Positions 10,555 through 21,094 of a DNA stretch of 30,965 nt are shown here, piece after piece. The stretch is taken from contig CAXHJY010000317.1 in assembly GCA_964016885.1 (NCBI GenBank), positions 1-30,965 of the forward strand, written 5' to 3'. Made by a program: the position numbers and the translations under genes. The notes under the pieces were generated by a model. That model made no database searches. It was not told the DNA's origin and saw only the letters and a program-made list of their open reading frames with translations. The DNA comes from Eledone cirrhosa. Lineage: Eukaryota. Position 1 is the first letter of the stretch. Each line of letters starts with the position of its first letter.

Positions 10555-10775
10555 CTAATTGTAATACGTGACGTATTCTATTCTATAGCGATTAGGTCTT
10601 CAAAATGTTTATTATAAACATACAGAATATTTTCGAATATTCTATGTCTATATTCACATATATATCGCTATTTCAGAGCATTTATTCCAATTTCTAATTT
10701 CTGCCGGACCGGCAACCGCTCTTTCAAACCAGTTCCTGTACACAGCTAAGTATTCTATAAGTCTCTAGCTGTGTC

Positions 10776-10865
10776 ATTCTCGATAAAAGCACTGGATATG
10801 TAGTCCTGACGATTTCTAACGAGAATGAAACGCGTAGATTTACTTCCCTTGCTTTTATCGAGAAT
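10776..10865 (+). ncRNA. Hammerhead ribozyme, copy 2
   Basis: Same sequence as copy 1 (+311). Confidence 0.88.
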
Positions 10866-11086
10866 CTAATTGTAATACGTGACGTATTCTATTCTATAGC
10901 GATTAGGTCTTCAAAATGTTTATTATAAACATACAGAATATTTTCGAATATTCTATGTCTATATTCACATATATATCGCTATTTCAGAGCATTTATTCCA
11001 ATTTCTAATTTCTGCCGGACCGGCAACCGCTCTTTCAAACCAGTTCCTGTACACAGCTAAGTATTCTATAAGTCTCTAGCTGTGTC

Positions 11087-11176
11087 ATTCTCGATAAAAG
11101 CACTGGATATGTAGTCCTGACGATTTCTAACGAGAATGAAACGCGTAGATTTACTTCCCTTGCTTTTATCGAGAAT
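11087..11176 (+). ncRNA. Hammerhead ribozyme, copy 3
   Basis: Same sequence as copy 1 (+622). Confidence 0.88.
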
Positions 11177-11397
11177 CTAATTGTAATACGTGACGTATTC
11201 TATTCTATAGCGATTAGGTCTTCAAAATGTTTATTATAAACATACAGAATATTTTCGAATATTCTATGTCTATATTCACATATATATCGCTATTTCAGAG
11301 CATTTATTCCAATTTCTAATTTCTGCCGGACCGGCAACCGCTCTTTCAAACCAGTTCCTGTACACAGCTAAGTATTCTATAAGTCTCTAGCTGTGTC

Positions 11398-11487
11398 ATT
11401 CTCGATAAAAGCACTGGATATGTAGTCCTGACGATTTCTAACGAGAATGAAACGCGTAGATTTACTTCCCTTGCTTTTATCGAGAAT
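11398..11487 (+). ncRNA. Hammerhead ribozyme, copy 4
   Basis: Same sequence as copy 1 (+933). Confidence 0.88.
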
Positions 11488-11708
11488 CTAATTGTAATAC
11501 GTGACGTATTCTATTCTATAGCGATTAGGTCTTCAAAATGTTTATTATAAACATACAGAATATTTTCGAATATTCTATGTCTATATTCACATATATATCG
11601 CTATTTCAGAGCATTTATTCCAATTTCTAATTTCTGCCGGACCGGCAACCGCTCTTTCAAACCAGTTCCTGTACACAGCTAAGTATTCTATAAGTCTCTA
11701 GCTGTGTC

Positions 11709-11798
11709 ATTCTCGATAAAAGCACTGGATATGTAGTCCTGACGATTTCTAACGAGAATGAAACGCGTAGATTTACTTCCCTTGCTTTTATCGAGAAT
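11709..11798 (+). ncRNA. Hammerhead ribozyme, copy 5
   Basis: Same sequence as copy 1 (+1244). Confidence 0.88.
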
Positions 11799-12019
11799 CT
11801 AATTGTAATACGTGACGTATTCTATTCTATAGCGATTAGGTCTTCAAAATGTTTATTATAAACATACAGAATATTTTCGAATATTCTATGTCTATATTCA
11901 CATATATATCGCTATTTCAGAGCATTTATTCCAATTTCTAATTTCTGCCGGACCGGCAACCGCTCTTTCAAACCAGTTCCTGTACACAGCTAAGTATTCT
12001 ATAAGTCTCTAGCTGTGTC

Positions 12020-12109
12020 ATTCTCGATAAAAGCACTGGATATGTAGTCCTGACGATTTCTAACGAGAATGAAACGCGTAGATTTACTTCCCTTGCTTTT
12101 ATCGAGAAT
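12020..12109 (+). ncRNA. Hammerhead ribozyme, copy 6
   Basis: Same sequence as copy 1 (+1555). Confidence 0.88.
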
Positions 12110-12330
12110 CTAATTGTAATACGTGACGTATTCTATTCTATAGCGATTAGGTCTTCAAAATGTTTATTATAAACATACAGAATATTTTCGAATATTCTAT
12201 GTCTATATTCACATATATATCGCTATTTCAGAGCATTTATTCCAATTTCTAATTTCTGCCGGACCGGCAACCGCTCTTTCAAACCAGTTCCTGTACACAG
12301 CTAAGTATTCTATAAGTCTCTAGCTGTGTC

Positions 12331-12420
12331 ATTCTCGATAAAAGCACTGGATATGTAGTCCTGACGATTTCTAACGAGAATGAAACGCGTAGATTTACTT
12401 CCCTTGCTTTTATCGAGAAT
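12331..12420 (+). ncRNA. Hammerhead ribozyme, copy 7
   Basis: Same sequence as copy 1 (+1866). Confidence 0.88.
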
Positions 12421-13049
12421 CTAATTGTAATACGTGACGTATTCTATTCTATAGCGATTAGGTCTTCAAAATGTTTATTATAAACATACAGAATATTTTC
12501 GAATATTCTATGTCTATATTCACATATATATCGCTATTTCAGAGCATTTATTCCAATTTCGAATATATATATATATATATATATGCACACATACACACAT
12601 GTAAAAATACCATTTCATGAAAGAATAAGTGGAAGCTGTACAATTTGAAAAACTCTCAAATTTTACTCACAACTCTTGAAACCCTTGCCTTTTTATTTTT
12701 TTTTATCAAGAAATATCCCCAGAATATTTTAGGGAACCCTAGGTCAGAGATCATTAAAACAAATTAAAATATCTTCTCTGATACACTGGATTCATTTCAC
12801 ATGCTCAGCTTACATACACATATATATATATATTTTTTCCCATCTATTTTTCTTTTCTTTCCCTGCCTCTTTCTCCCAGCAGCAGATGTGTTACTATCAT
12901 AGTTACCATTGCTCCCTCTACAATGCCTTTTCTGACATACTCTCACATCCTTCTCTCCTTTCCTCCCACTTTTCACCCTACCAAGGACACACCAACCTCT
13001 TTGCATTCAGGCCATCATATAATCTTCCTTGTGCACTCTGTAAGTAGTT

Positions 13050-13243
13050 GTGTTGCTGCCATGATAAAATGCACCCAACACATTCTGTAATGGGTTTGGG
13101 ATTAAAAAGGACATCCAGCCATATAAACCATGTTAAAAATGTAAGTTATAAACAAGTTACGTCCATCAATCTGTCTAATCTTGGACTGTGACAACCCATC
13201 CAACCCATGCCAGCTAGGAAAGCAGACATAAAACGATGATGAT
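13050..13243 (+). repeat. Decayed RTE/SINE 3' tail
   Basis: gcacccaacacattctgtaa...ggacatccagcc...ccaacccatgccagc.aggaa...cataaaacgatgatgat. Confidence 0.65.
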
Positions 13244-13544
13244 ATATATATGTCTATATATATATAATGTGTATGTATATACATATCTGTGTGTGTAGTA
13301 AAATATTGATGAATGTGAAAAAGGAAAAGGAAAACAATGCTCAAGCTAGTGTGAGAGCTGATATATTATATTTATGTTCATATATATAGAACAAACAGCA
13401 CTACTTTACATTTCAAGTTCCAGTTATTGCCATCTCTCCATTATGCATGGTGGTGCAGAATGCATGGAAAAGCAAACAAATTCACGACCTAGTTATCAGG
13501 CACTAGTATGAGATTGAAGATACCATTAAAAATATAGCATGTTA

Positions 13545-13812
13545 TGTAGCCCACACTGTAAGGTGATTATGTAGGTGTCGCGACTAAAAGCATCCAGCTC
13601 ACACTGTAAAGTGGTCATGTAAGAGTCATGACAAAAAAAACTAGCACACACTGTAAATGTGGCTGGCGTTAGGAAGGGTATCTAGCTGTAGAAATCTAGC
13701 CAGAAACAGTCCTTTATGAGCAATACATGGTCATCTGACCCAACTTATCTCTAATGGGATAACCCATTTAACCCATGCTAACATGGAAAAAGAACATTAA
13801 ATAATGATGATT
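13545..13812 (+). repeat. RTE LINE 3' UTR fragment
   Basis: Colinear with 7335-7598, including several ~47-bp sub-repeats and a taatgatgat tail. Confidence 0.75.
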
Positions 13813-14529
13813 TATTACATTCTGTAACAATGGGAAATAGTTCATATCAAATTGAAATGTATGTCTGTGTTCAGTGCTGTAAGTATGTTGCATGGTAATT
13901 TGTATTTAATTGTGGTGGTGTTGTAATATAGAGATTTGTTTTAAGTGTTTGAATTTCAGTAGTATAGAAGGTGTGCAGTGCTATGTAAGTGGGAAAAGCA
14001 GAAGTAGTTATGTAGAAAGTATGGAAATCAATGTCAAGGTGCTTGAAAATCTAGTGAATTCATTGTTTCCACTTAGAAAGGAGTTGACTTTTCAGATGTA
14101 GGCATTCTTTAAAAGTGTCATTCTTAAAGTTCAGGTAATTATTTGCAGAGGACAAACCTTGTAAAATCCTGAATTTTTTACTGATAACATCTTATTTTAG
14201 AGATAACATCTCTTGGCACCAGTATCTTCAAACTCGTCCCAGCACCTGATGACTGGGTCTGGAATTTGATTGCCTAACCATGCATTCTGCATCACTGTGC
14301 ACAATCTGGGGAAATGGGCATGACTGCACCTTGAAACTGAAGGTAGAGCTTTTTGTTCTGTGTATTAATAATAATAATAATTATATATATATATGTATAT
14401 ATATATTATACTTTGGGAGGGTCATGCTGCAAATAAAAACACATGCGCCTGTTGGTTTTCACTTTAATTTATTATAAAGTTCCGGTTGGTTCGATAACTG
14501 GATGGTTGTTATATATATATTTATATAAA

Positions 14530-14866
14530 GGAGGCACATGGCTTAGTGGTTAGAGCATTGGCCTTGCAATCGAAAGGTTGTGAGTTCAATTCTCAGACTG
14601 GGTGATGTGTTGTTTCCTTGAGCAAGACACTTTATTTCACATTGCTCCAGTTTACTCAGCTGTAGAAATGAGATGATGGGGTCCCTATCATTCCATTGTA
14701 AAGTGGACGTGTAGGCGCCATGGAAAAAAAGCACCCAGCACTCATTGTAAATGAGGTTGGTGTTAGGAAGGGCATCCAGCTGTAGAAATCAAGCCAGAAT
14801 CAGTTCCTGTCCCACCCTTGCAAGCAGGGAAAAGCGGACGTAAATTGAAATGATAATGATGATGAT
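14530..14866 (+). mobile_element. Full-length tRNA-derived SINE with RTE-derived 3' end
   Basis: Pol III A-box tggcttagtgg (14539-14549) and B-box gagttcaattc (14582-14592); central ccttgagcaagacactt domain; LINE-like 3' half; (GAT)n tail; (TA)n flanks. Confidence 0.9.
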
Positions 14867-14881
14867 TATATATATATATTA

Positions 14882-15125
14882 ACCCTTACCTATTGTCAGG
14901 AGTCTTGGGTAATGACTGAAAAATATGATCGTGAAAACAAGCAGACAAAATGGGGTTCTTCTGAAGGGTCTCTGGAGTAATGTTACTTCAGGAAGTCACT
15001 CCTGGGAGAGCCACTACTTCTCCGAATTGAGAGATCACAACTCTGATACTTTAGACATGTGGTTAGAATGTCTCAGGAAAGAATCACTGGACAGATTTTA
15101 CAGGCAAAATCAACCAGCAATAAGA
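14882..15125 (+). pseudogene. Fragment of a second RTE lineage (Expander/Rex3-like RT C-terminus)
   Basis: Across frames: TLTYCQESWVMTEK..MGFF*RVSG..EPLLLRIERSQL*YFRHVVRMSQERITGQILQ. Confidence 0.75.
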
Positions 15126-15408
15126 AAAAAAATCACCAATACACACCCGCGTGTAGACGCACTCACACACACACTCATTCAACACACACATACACACACA
15201 ATCATACACACTCGCATACATAGAAATTACAGAAAAAGCCCCCCCCCACTCACACACAAAAAAAACTAAAACCTCACAGACGTATTCACACACAACCACA
15301 CCCATAGCATCCACCCTTTCACACACCTACCCCTATCACTTTTTTTAACTTCCTTCCCTAACTTTCTCACACTACCCATATGTCTATCTGTTCTCTCCTT
15401 ATCTGAAC

Positions 15409-15444
15409 TTTCCTGATGAAAGACTTCTGTCTGAAACGTTGAAA
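15409..15444 (+). ncRNA. Minimal type I hammerhead ribozyme (Penelope pLTR type)
   Basis: Stem I tttc/gaaa; CUGAUGA 15413-15419 plus A; stem II agac-ttct-gtct; GAAAC-GUU with loopless palindromic stem III acgt. Confidence 0.75.
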
Positions 15445-15518
15445 CCTCCTCCAGTTCCTCCAAGTGTGAACCTTATATGTTTTGTATTGTTTCATTTATT
15501 AACTACACACACACACTG

Positions 15519-15552
<34 letters not shown>

Positions 15553-16162
15553 TGAAAATAAGGGCGCACAGGACAAAGACAATGCTATCTTCTGAGTCAA
15601 CCTCTGAAAATCACTACAGTTTCGGCTACGCACACACGCAACATGTAATTAATCCTGTAAATTTCCATTCAAGATCTTTTGCCAATGATACCTGGTGGGT
15701 TCTTGCTATACAACAACTAAATAGATAAATAAACAAAAAAAAAAATCACAAAGAAAGAGAGAGAGAGATGTGTAACAAATTGAAATAGATAACACCATCT
15801 TAATTTGCCCACCTTGCCTCCCCCCACGAAAAAAAAAAAATGTCAATAAAAATCTGTTATGTCACCGGCTTGTATTTCTTCTATAAAAGTACAGTGGTGG
15901 TGGTGTTGTTTGTAGTAGAGGTGATGTCGATGTTGTTATTAGTGTTGTTGGTGGGAGTGTTGGTGGTGTTGGTGAATGTGGTATGTTAGTGTAGGTGATA
16001 GGCGTGGTGTTGATATTGGTTTACATTATCACACAGTATGAAATACAGCACTTGGTTGGATGTACAAGGTAAAACTTGCAGTCAGCGATGTCTTCTTACT
16101 ACTTCAGGTAAATAGGGCATCACAAATTATGAATTTGGTTTTGCGTTGTATGTGTTGCTAAA

Positions 16163-16187
<25 letters not shown>

Positions 16188-16194
<7 letters not shown>

Positions 16195-16364
16195 ATATAG
16201 AAATGGCTTCTACAGGACTAGAACTGTTTCATTCAAAGGAAATCATCAGGCTTCGAATGAAACAGTTCTAGCCCTGTAGAAGCCATTTCTATATTAAATA
16301 TTTATACTCTGCTATGTATTGAGTACCTTACTTAATGTGGTTACCCCCGATTGAACCCGGGATA

Positions 16365-16365
<1 letters not shown>
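16188..16365. mobile_element. Small fold-back element containing a truncated hammerhead
   Basis: Arms 16188-16234 and 16255-16301. The minus strand reads ctgatga-tttcctttgaat-gaaac-a-gtt-ctag. The right arm continues to the (CA)n tract, and (TA)n lies on the left. Confidence 0.65.

Positions 16366-16367
<2 letters not shown>

Positions 16368-16453
<86 letters not shown>
16368..16453. repeat. (CA)n/(TA)n compound microsatellite
   Basis: Direct reading. Confidence 0.95.
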
Positions 16454-16454
<1 letters not shown>

Positions 16455-17699
16455 CAGCAAATAAAACTCAAAGGAAAGTAGAAAATATATATGTGTGTAA
16501 GGAGTATGATTTTTTTTTTCATTTTTCCATTGATATACTTGTATACTTCTTTATACACACCCACACACATATATATATACACATAGCATCTATATGTGTA
16601 TATATGTAAATATCTAAATTTTTTTAAATGTTTATTTTTTACTATCAATTCAAAATATGAAGACTATAAATATGAGAGCTGTTGGCTACTATAAGGCCTC
16701 CTTTGGTCATGACTGTCAAGGTGTTTGTACCTTGAAAGTTCCTCTCCAAGGTTCAAGCCTGGGTAAGTTGTTTTATGGAAAACCAGCAGTCTCCATTGGT
16801 GTTGTCCAAGGGAAAAGTAAAAGCTGATAGAGCTTGGCACCAGGGATATTGTAGACAAAATCAGAATTCAAAGGGCTGAAAGAAGTGATTTAAAGCATTA
16901 TGTCTGTTAATTATTAATGTCTAATAATTCTACCAGGCCATCATCAAGGGCTAGTACTTTATTTAGTTGTTCTTGGCAAAGATTTTAAACCAACTAATGA
17001 CTGTCAATTCATTTAACCAACCAATAACTAGACAACCGAGGGAATTGAATTAAGGACCTTATATATATATATATATATATATAGGTTTAGGAATAACCAA
17101 AGAGTGCTTAGAAATACATTGTTTTATTAGCTAACAGTGTTTCATCCGTACCAGTTATCCTACATTGAGCTAAAACCACACTGTCATACCAAGGGCAATA
17201 TATCTGCATGTCTGAGCACATTGATATATTTGTCAACGAAACTATATATATGTATCTATATATATATATATATATATATTAATATATATTATATATATGA
17301 GTGTGTGTGTGTGAGGTAAACAAGAAGCAAAAAAAGAGTTCTTAGTACCGAAGCTTAAGAATTAGTGTTAGTTAATTATTGAAGCCAACACTTTACATTT
17401 TATAACAGAAAGTTTTATGTCTCCCATGCTCAGACAAAATATTCGTTTTATTTAAATGCCTAAGAAAACTAGAACGATAAGCAAAATTTTGATTGCATGT
17501 AGGTAAGTGTTTCTCAAAGACGCAGATTACATTCCTCCCATTACAATCCCAGGTTTCTTCAATTCCTCCAGATTTTGAATTGTCACCAAGTAACTTTTCA
17601 CGAGGAAGCTCAATAATTGTATATATCCCCAATGGAATTAATCTGACGGAGAAGCAGTTTTTTGCGAACTGTTAATTCATAATCTCCTTTATAGTTGGC

Positions 17700-17972
17700 T
17701 ATGTTATTATTTCATTTGATATAAACAAAATGTACACTAATGCTGGGTATATTGGTGCAATAGTTGGGTATTTCATTTGATATATATATACAATGTACAC
17801 TATATTAGTATTTCATTTGATATATAGTTGGGTATATTAGTATTTCATTTGATATATATACACAATATAACTATAGTTGTGTATATTAGTATTTCATTTG
17901 ATATATATTCACAATATACACTATAGTTGGGTATATTGGTATTTCATTTGATATACACACAATGTACACTAT
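17700..17972. repeat. Degenerate ~50-bp minisatellite
   Basis: The motif gtatttcatttgatata recurs about 6 times, with gttgggtatatt and caatgtacacta. Confidence 0.8.
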
Positions 17973-18763
17973 TCTTTCCTAGTTTCAATTCTTCCCCTGG
18001 GAGCCAAGTGCTTCCAATTTGAGAATCACTGGTTTTAGGGGAATGGTTGGAAGGATAAAGTAATAAAAAAAAAATAGTTATAAAAGCTATATTGAACTGT
18101 GAAAGACAATGATCATAGCAGTTCTCTGTATAAACATTTTGATAAGTGTGTACGTGAGAATGTATGTAATAGTATCAAATAGGAATGACACTCATCTGTA
18201 AAAATGAAAATGATACTTTGAAGAAAACAATAAAATGGAATCCCAATACATTGGTGTGTATTAAAGTAAAACAATTCTTTTTATCACTTTCCTTGGGTGT
18301 GGGGTGGGGGAATGGGCACAATTTTGATGGTTTGAAATTAGTTCAAACGAATATACTTTTGTTACTAGAAAGCAAACAATAGAAATATATCGACTTCTGG
18401 TCAGTGAACCAACAAGTTCGGATTTCGAATCTGTCCAGAATTTCTATCATGTGTGTGCACACACACGCCTGCATATATATGATACGGGATAATGGGGAGA
18501 ACAGTACATTAATTTAACACTTAAGAGAAATAATAAAATAAGTCTTAATATTTTGGATGCTAGTCCTTAATTGAAAAGTAAAACAGAGAAAGAAAAAGGA
18601 GTTTGGGGAGCAGGGACGAGGACAAATGATAAAAATGGAAAAAAGAAAAAAAGTATGTGATCAAATGTCTGGTCCTCTTCATCAAATAAAAGGCAATATA
18701 ACACCAGATATAACAAAGTTACATAAAATGTTTCCTAAATGTTTACCAAAACAAATGCTTTAA

Positions 18764-18984
18764 CCCTTTACCATTTACATTACTCTATATATACTCTTGT
18801 ATTTTTGTGGTAAAGGCTTTATCTTACATAATTATCTCACATAATCTTGAATCTATGAGATTTTGATATTATTTATTTAGAGAATAATACCTCAACATCA
18901 ATATGAGCAGCTGGTTATGGCTGGTTTGAACAGAAAGAGGTGAGCGAATTCTGGCCAGACATGGCAAGTTTAAATGCTAAAAGG
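18764..18984. mobile_element. 221-bp piggyBac-like (TTAA) MITE
   Basis: TTAA at 18760-18763 and 18985-18988; ends cccttta.cattta / taaatgctaaaagg; homologous to 514-734. Confidence 0.85.
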
Positions 18985-19165
18985 TTAAATTTTGGTTCAC
19001 AAAATATACATGACTAGCTTCTACATAGTTTCTGTCTACTTAATTGCACCACTGAAGTCATTGATCAACGTGAGAGTATGGGGGGGGGGGGGGGGGGCTT
19101 GCCCAAGGTGATGCTACAGAGTGGGAAGCTAAACTTGGGATAAAGAAATTCACTGCTGTCACATT

Positions 19166-21094
19166 ATCATCATCATTGCTTTTACATCGTCTTTTCCATG
19201 CTGGCTCAGGTTGGGTGGGATCTTTTGAGACAATGTTTTACAGCCAGATGCCCTCCCTTACACCAATGTTTACAACACACGGAGATATGGTGTACCTATT
19301 CTAAACTGGATACGCATGGTCCTTCTCAGCATGGCATCTCTCTACTCATTGCATTCTTTTGTCATCTCCTTTGTGAGTCTCAGCAATTTGAGGTTAGCTT
19401 TCACAGCTTCAGCCCAGGTCTTCCTTGGTCTACCTGTAGTGTGACTTCCTTCCACTGGAATTTCCTGGCACTTCTTCACCTTGTAGACATCATCCATGTT
19501 GATCACATGTCCATACCAATTAAGTTTTCTCTCCTGCACACCATCTCCGATTCCCCTTAAACCCAGCTTCTCCCTCAACTCAACCAAGCTCTGCTTTTCT
19601 CTCACACTTACATTGCATATCTAACAAAGCATGATTGCTTCAGTTCTCTCCAGTCTATGCGTGTCCTCTGCAGTCATAGACCATGTTTCACTATCATGCA
19701 GTATCGCAGTTTGCACACAGGCATCATACAGTTGTCCTTTTGTATGTAGGGAGAAACCTTTTTTGGTCAACAGTGGGAATAGCTCTCTAAACTTCTTCCA
19801 TCCTAACCCTATTCTAGCTATTATGCTCTTAGAGCATCCTCCTCTATTGCTAATTAAATTGCCTTGATAGCAGAAGCTATCAACCACTTCAATGGGCCCT
19901 TCCTGAAACTGGAAAAGATTTATATCATTGGCGCTCTTCCCCTCATTTACCCATGCACATCTTCTACAGAAAAAAATTTTCTCTTCCTGTTAATCTACTT
20001 GTTATCCTACTACCTCTCTTATCTACCCAAGATTTACATTGTGTACATCGTATGGAGTTTATGCCTACTCCTCCTTTTCTACATACTGAGCAGGGCCACT
20101 TCCATGAAGAAATAAAGGTCCTATCTTCTCTCCTACTCATTAACACTTTAGTTTTGGCTAAGTTTTCTCTCAGACCTGCTGATCTGAAATTCCATAGTCG
20201 GAAGTTATTTTCTAATTCTTTTATGGATTCGGTTATAAAGACCAAATCATCTGCATAGAGAAGTTCCCATGGAAAGCACATTTAAACTCCTCTGTTATGG
20301 CCTGAAGAACTATGATGAATTGTAGTGTGCTAAGAACCGAACCTTGATGAACTCCTACCTGTACTTTGAATTCCTCGCTACACTCACAGTTCCTCTATAC
20401 ATAGCTTCCACTGCTCTCACAAGCCATTCTTCTACACCTAATTTCCTTAAAAACCACCAGATAATAGATCAACATACTCTGACAAAGGCCTTTTCTAGAT
20501 CAACAAAAGCTAAATATAGTGGCTTATTTTTGGCTAGGAACTTCTCTTGCAGTTGCCACACTAAGAAGAGGGCATCTGTAGTACTTTTCCCAGGCATGAA
20601 ACCAAACTGCATCTCATCTATTTTGACTCTTTCCCTAATTAGCTGCACTATAACTCTTTCTGTCACTGTCATAACTTGGTCCTTTTGTTTTATTCCTCTA
20701 TAGTTGCTCCTTTCTAGAACATCACCTTTGCCCTTGTAGCAGTTTATGATTGTACTACTGCACCTGTCATTGGGTCCTGTACTCTGTCCTGTACTATCTG
20801 ATTGACTATGTGGGTTACTAGTTTGACTCCTACTTCTCCCAATGCTTTTAATATCTCAGCAGCTAGCTCTGATGGTCCCACAGCTTTACCATCCTTCATC
20901 TCTTAGATTGTTTCTCTATAGCTGATCCTGCTGTTGGATAGGCTGGGGTAGTTTCTCTTCCTTCTGTATAACCCCTAGATTCATCAGTCTCTCATAGTAA
21001 CATTTCCAGGCCTCTTTCTTTTGAGCATCAGTGGTGCTAAATGCATTGGTGTCATTTATAACACACTTTTCCCTAACAACATATTGATTTACAC
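19166..21094 (-). pseudogene. Decayed RTE LINE, RT/PHD and 3' part
   Basis: ORF fragments QFGFMPGKSTTDALFL, FVDLEKAF, PWELLYADD, WPCSVCRKG, GWKKFRELF, WYGHV parallel the 5224-7296 protein; (GAT)n tail at 19166-19177. Confidence 0.92.

Larger units (their letters stand above)
10296..12560 (+). repeat. Tandem array of 7 x 311 bp plus 88 bp, each unit with a hammerhead ribozyme (candidate non-LTR retrozyme)
   Basis: Units start at 10296, 10607, 10918, 11229, 11540, 11851, 12162 and 12473, with no differences seen by eye. Flanking direct repeat gaatatatat at 10286-10295 and 12561-12570. Confidence 0.95.

Noticed and set aside
10296-12560. CRISPR-like array or 5S/histone tandem gene cluster
   Set aside because: Units are fully identical with no unique spacers and no cas genes. 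I see no 5S rRNA similarity and no ORF.
14246-14270. ctgatga motif
   Set aside because: No GAAA or stems at a suitable distance. The region also has stops in all frames I tried as an exon.
14530-14600. tRNA gene
   Set aside because: A and B boxes are present but there is no proper acceptor or anticodon stem; it is a SINE head.
17125-17175. Possible minus-strand hammerhead (ttagct...gaaac-act-gtt-agctaa)
   Set aside because: Stem I and the GAAAC half are present but CUGANGA is missing, so it is at most a dead remnant.
17393-17632. 79-aa minus-strand ORF, or + strand exon ending at ag/gtaagt
   Set aside because: No recognisable motif; the candidate + exon has stops in all three frames.
17505-18031. 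hAT-like MITE bounded by aagtgtttctcaaa / tttgagaatcactg
   Set aside because: The TIR match is imperfect and there is no convincing 8-bp TSD.
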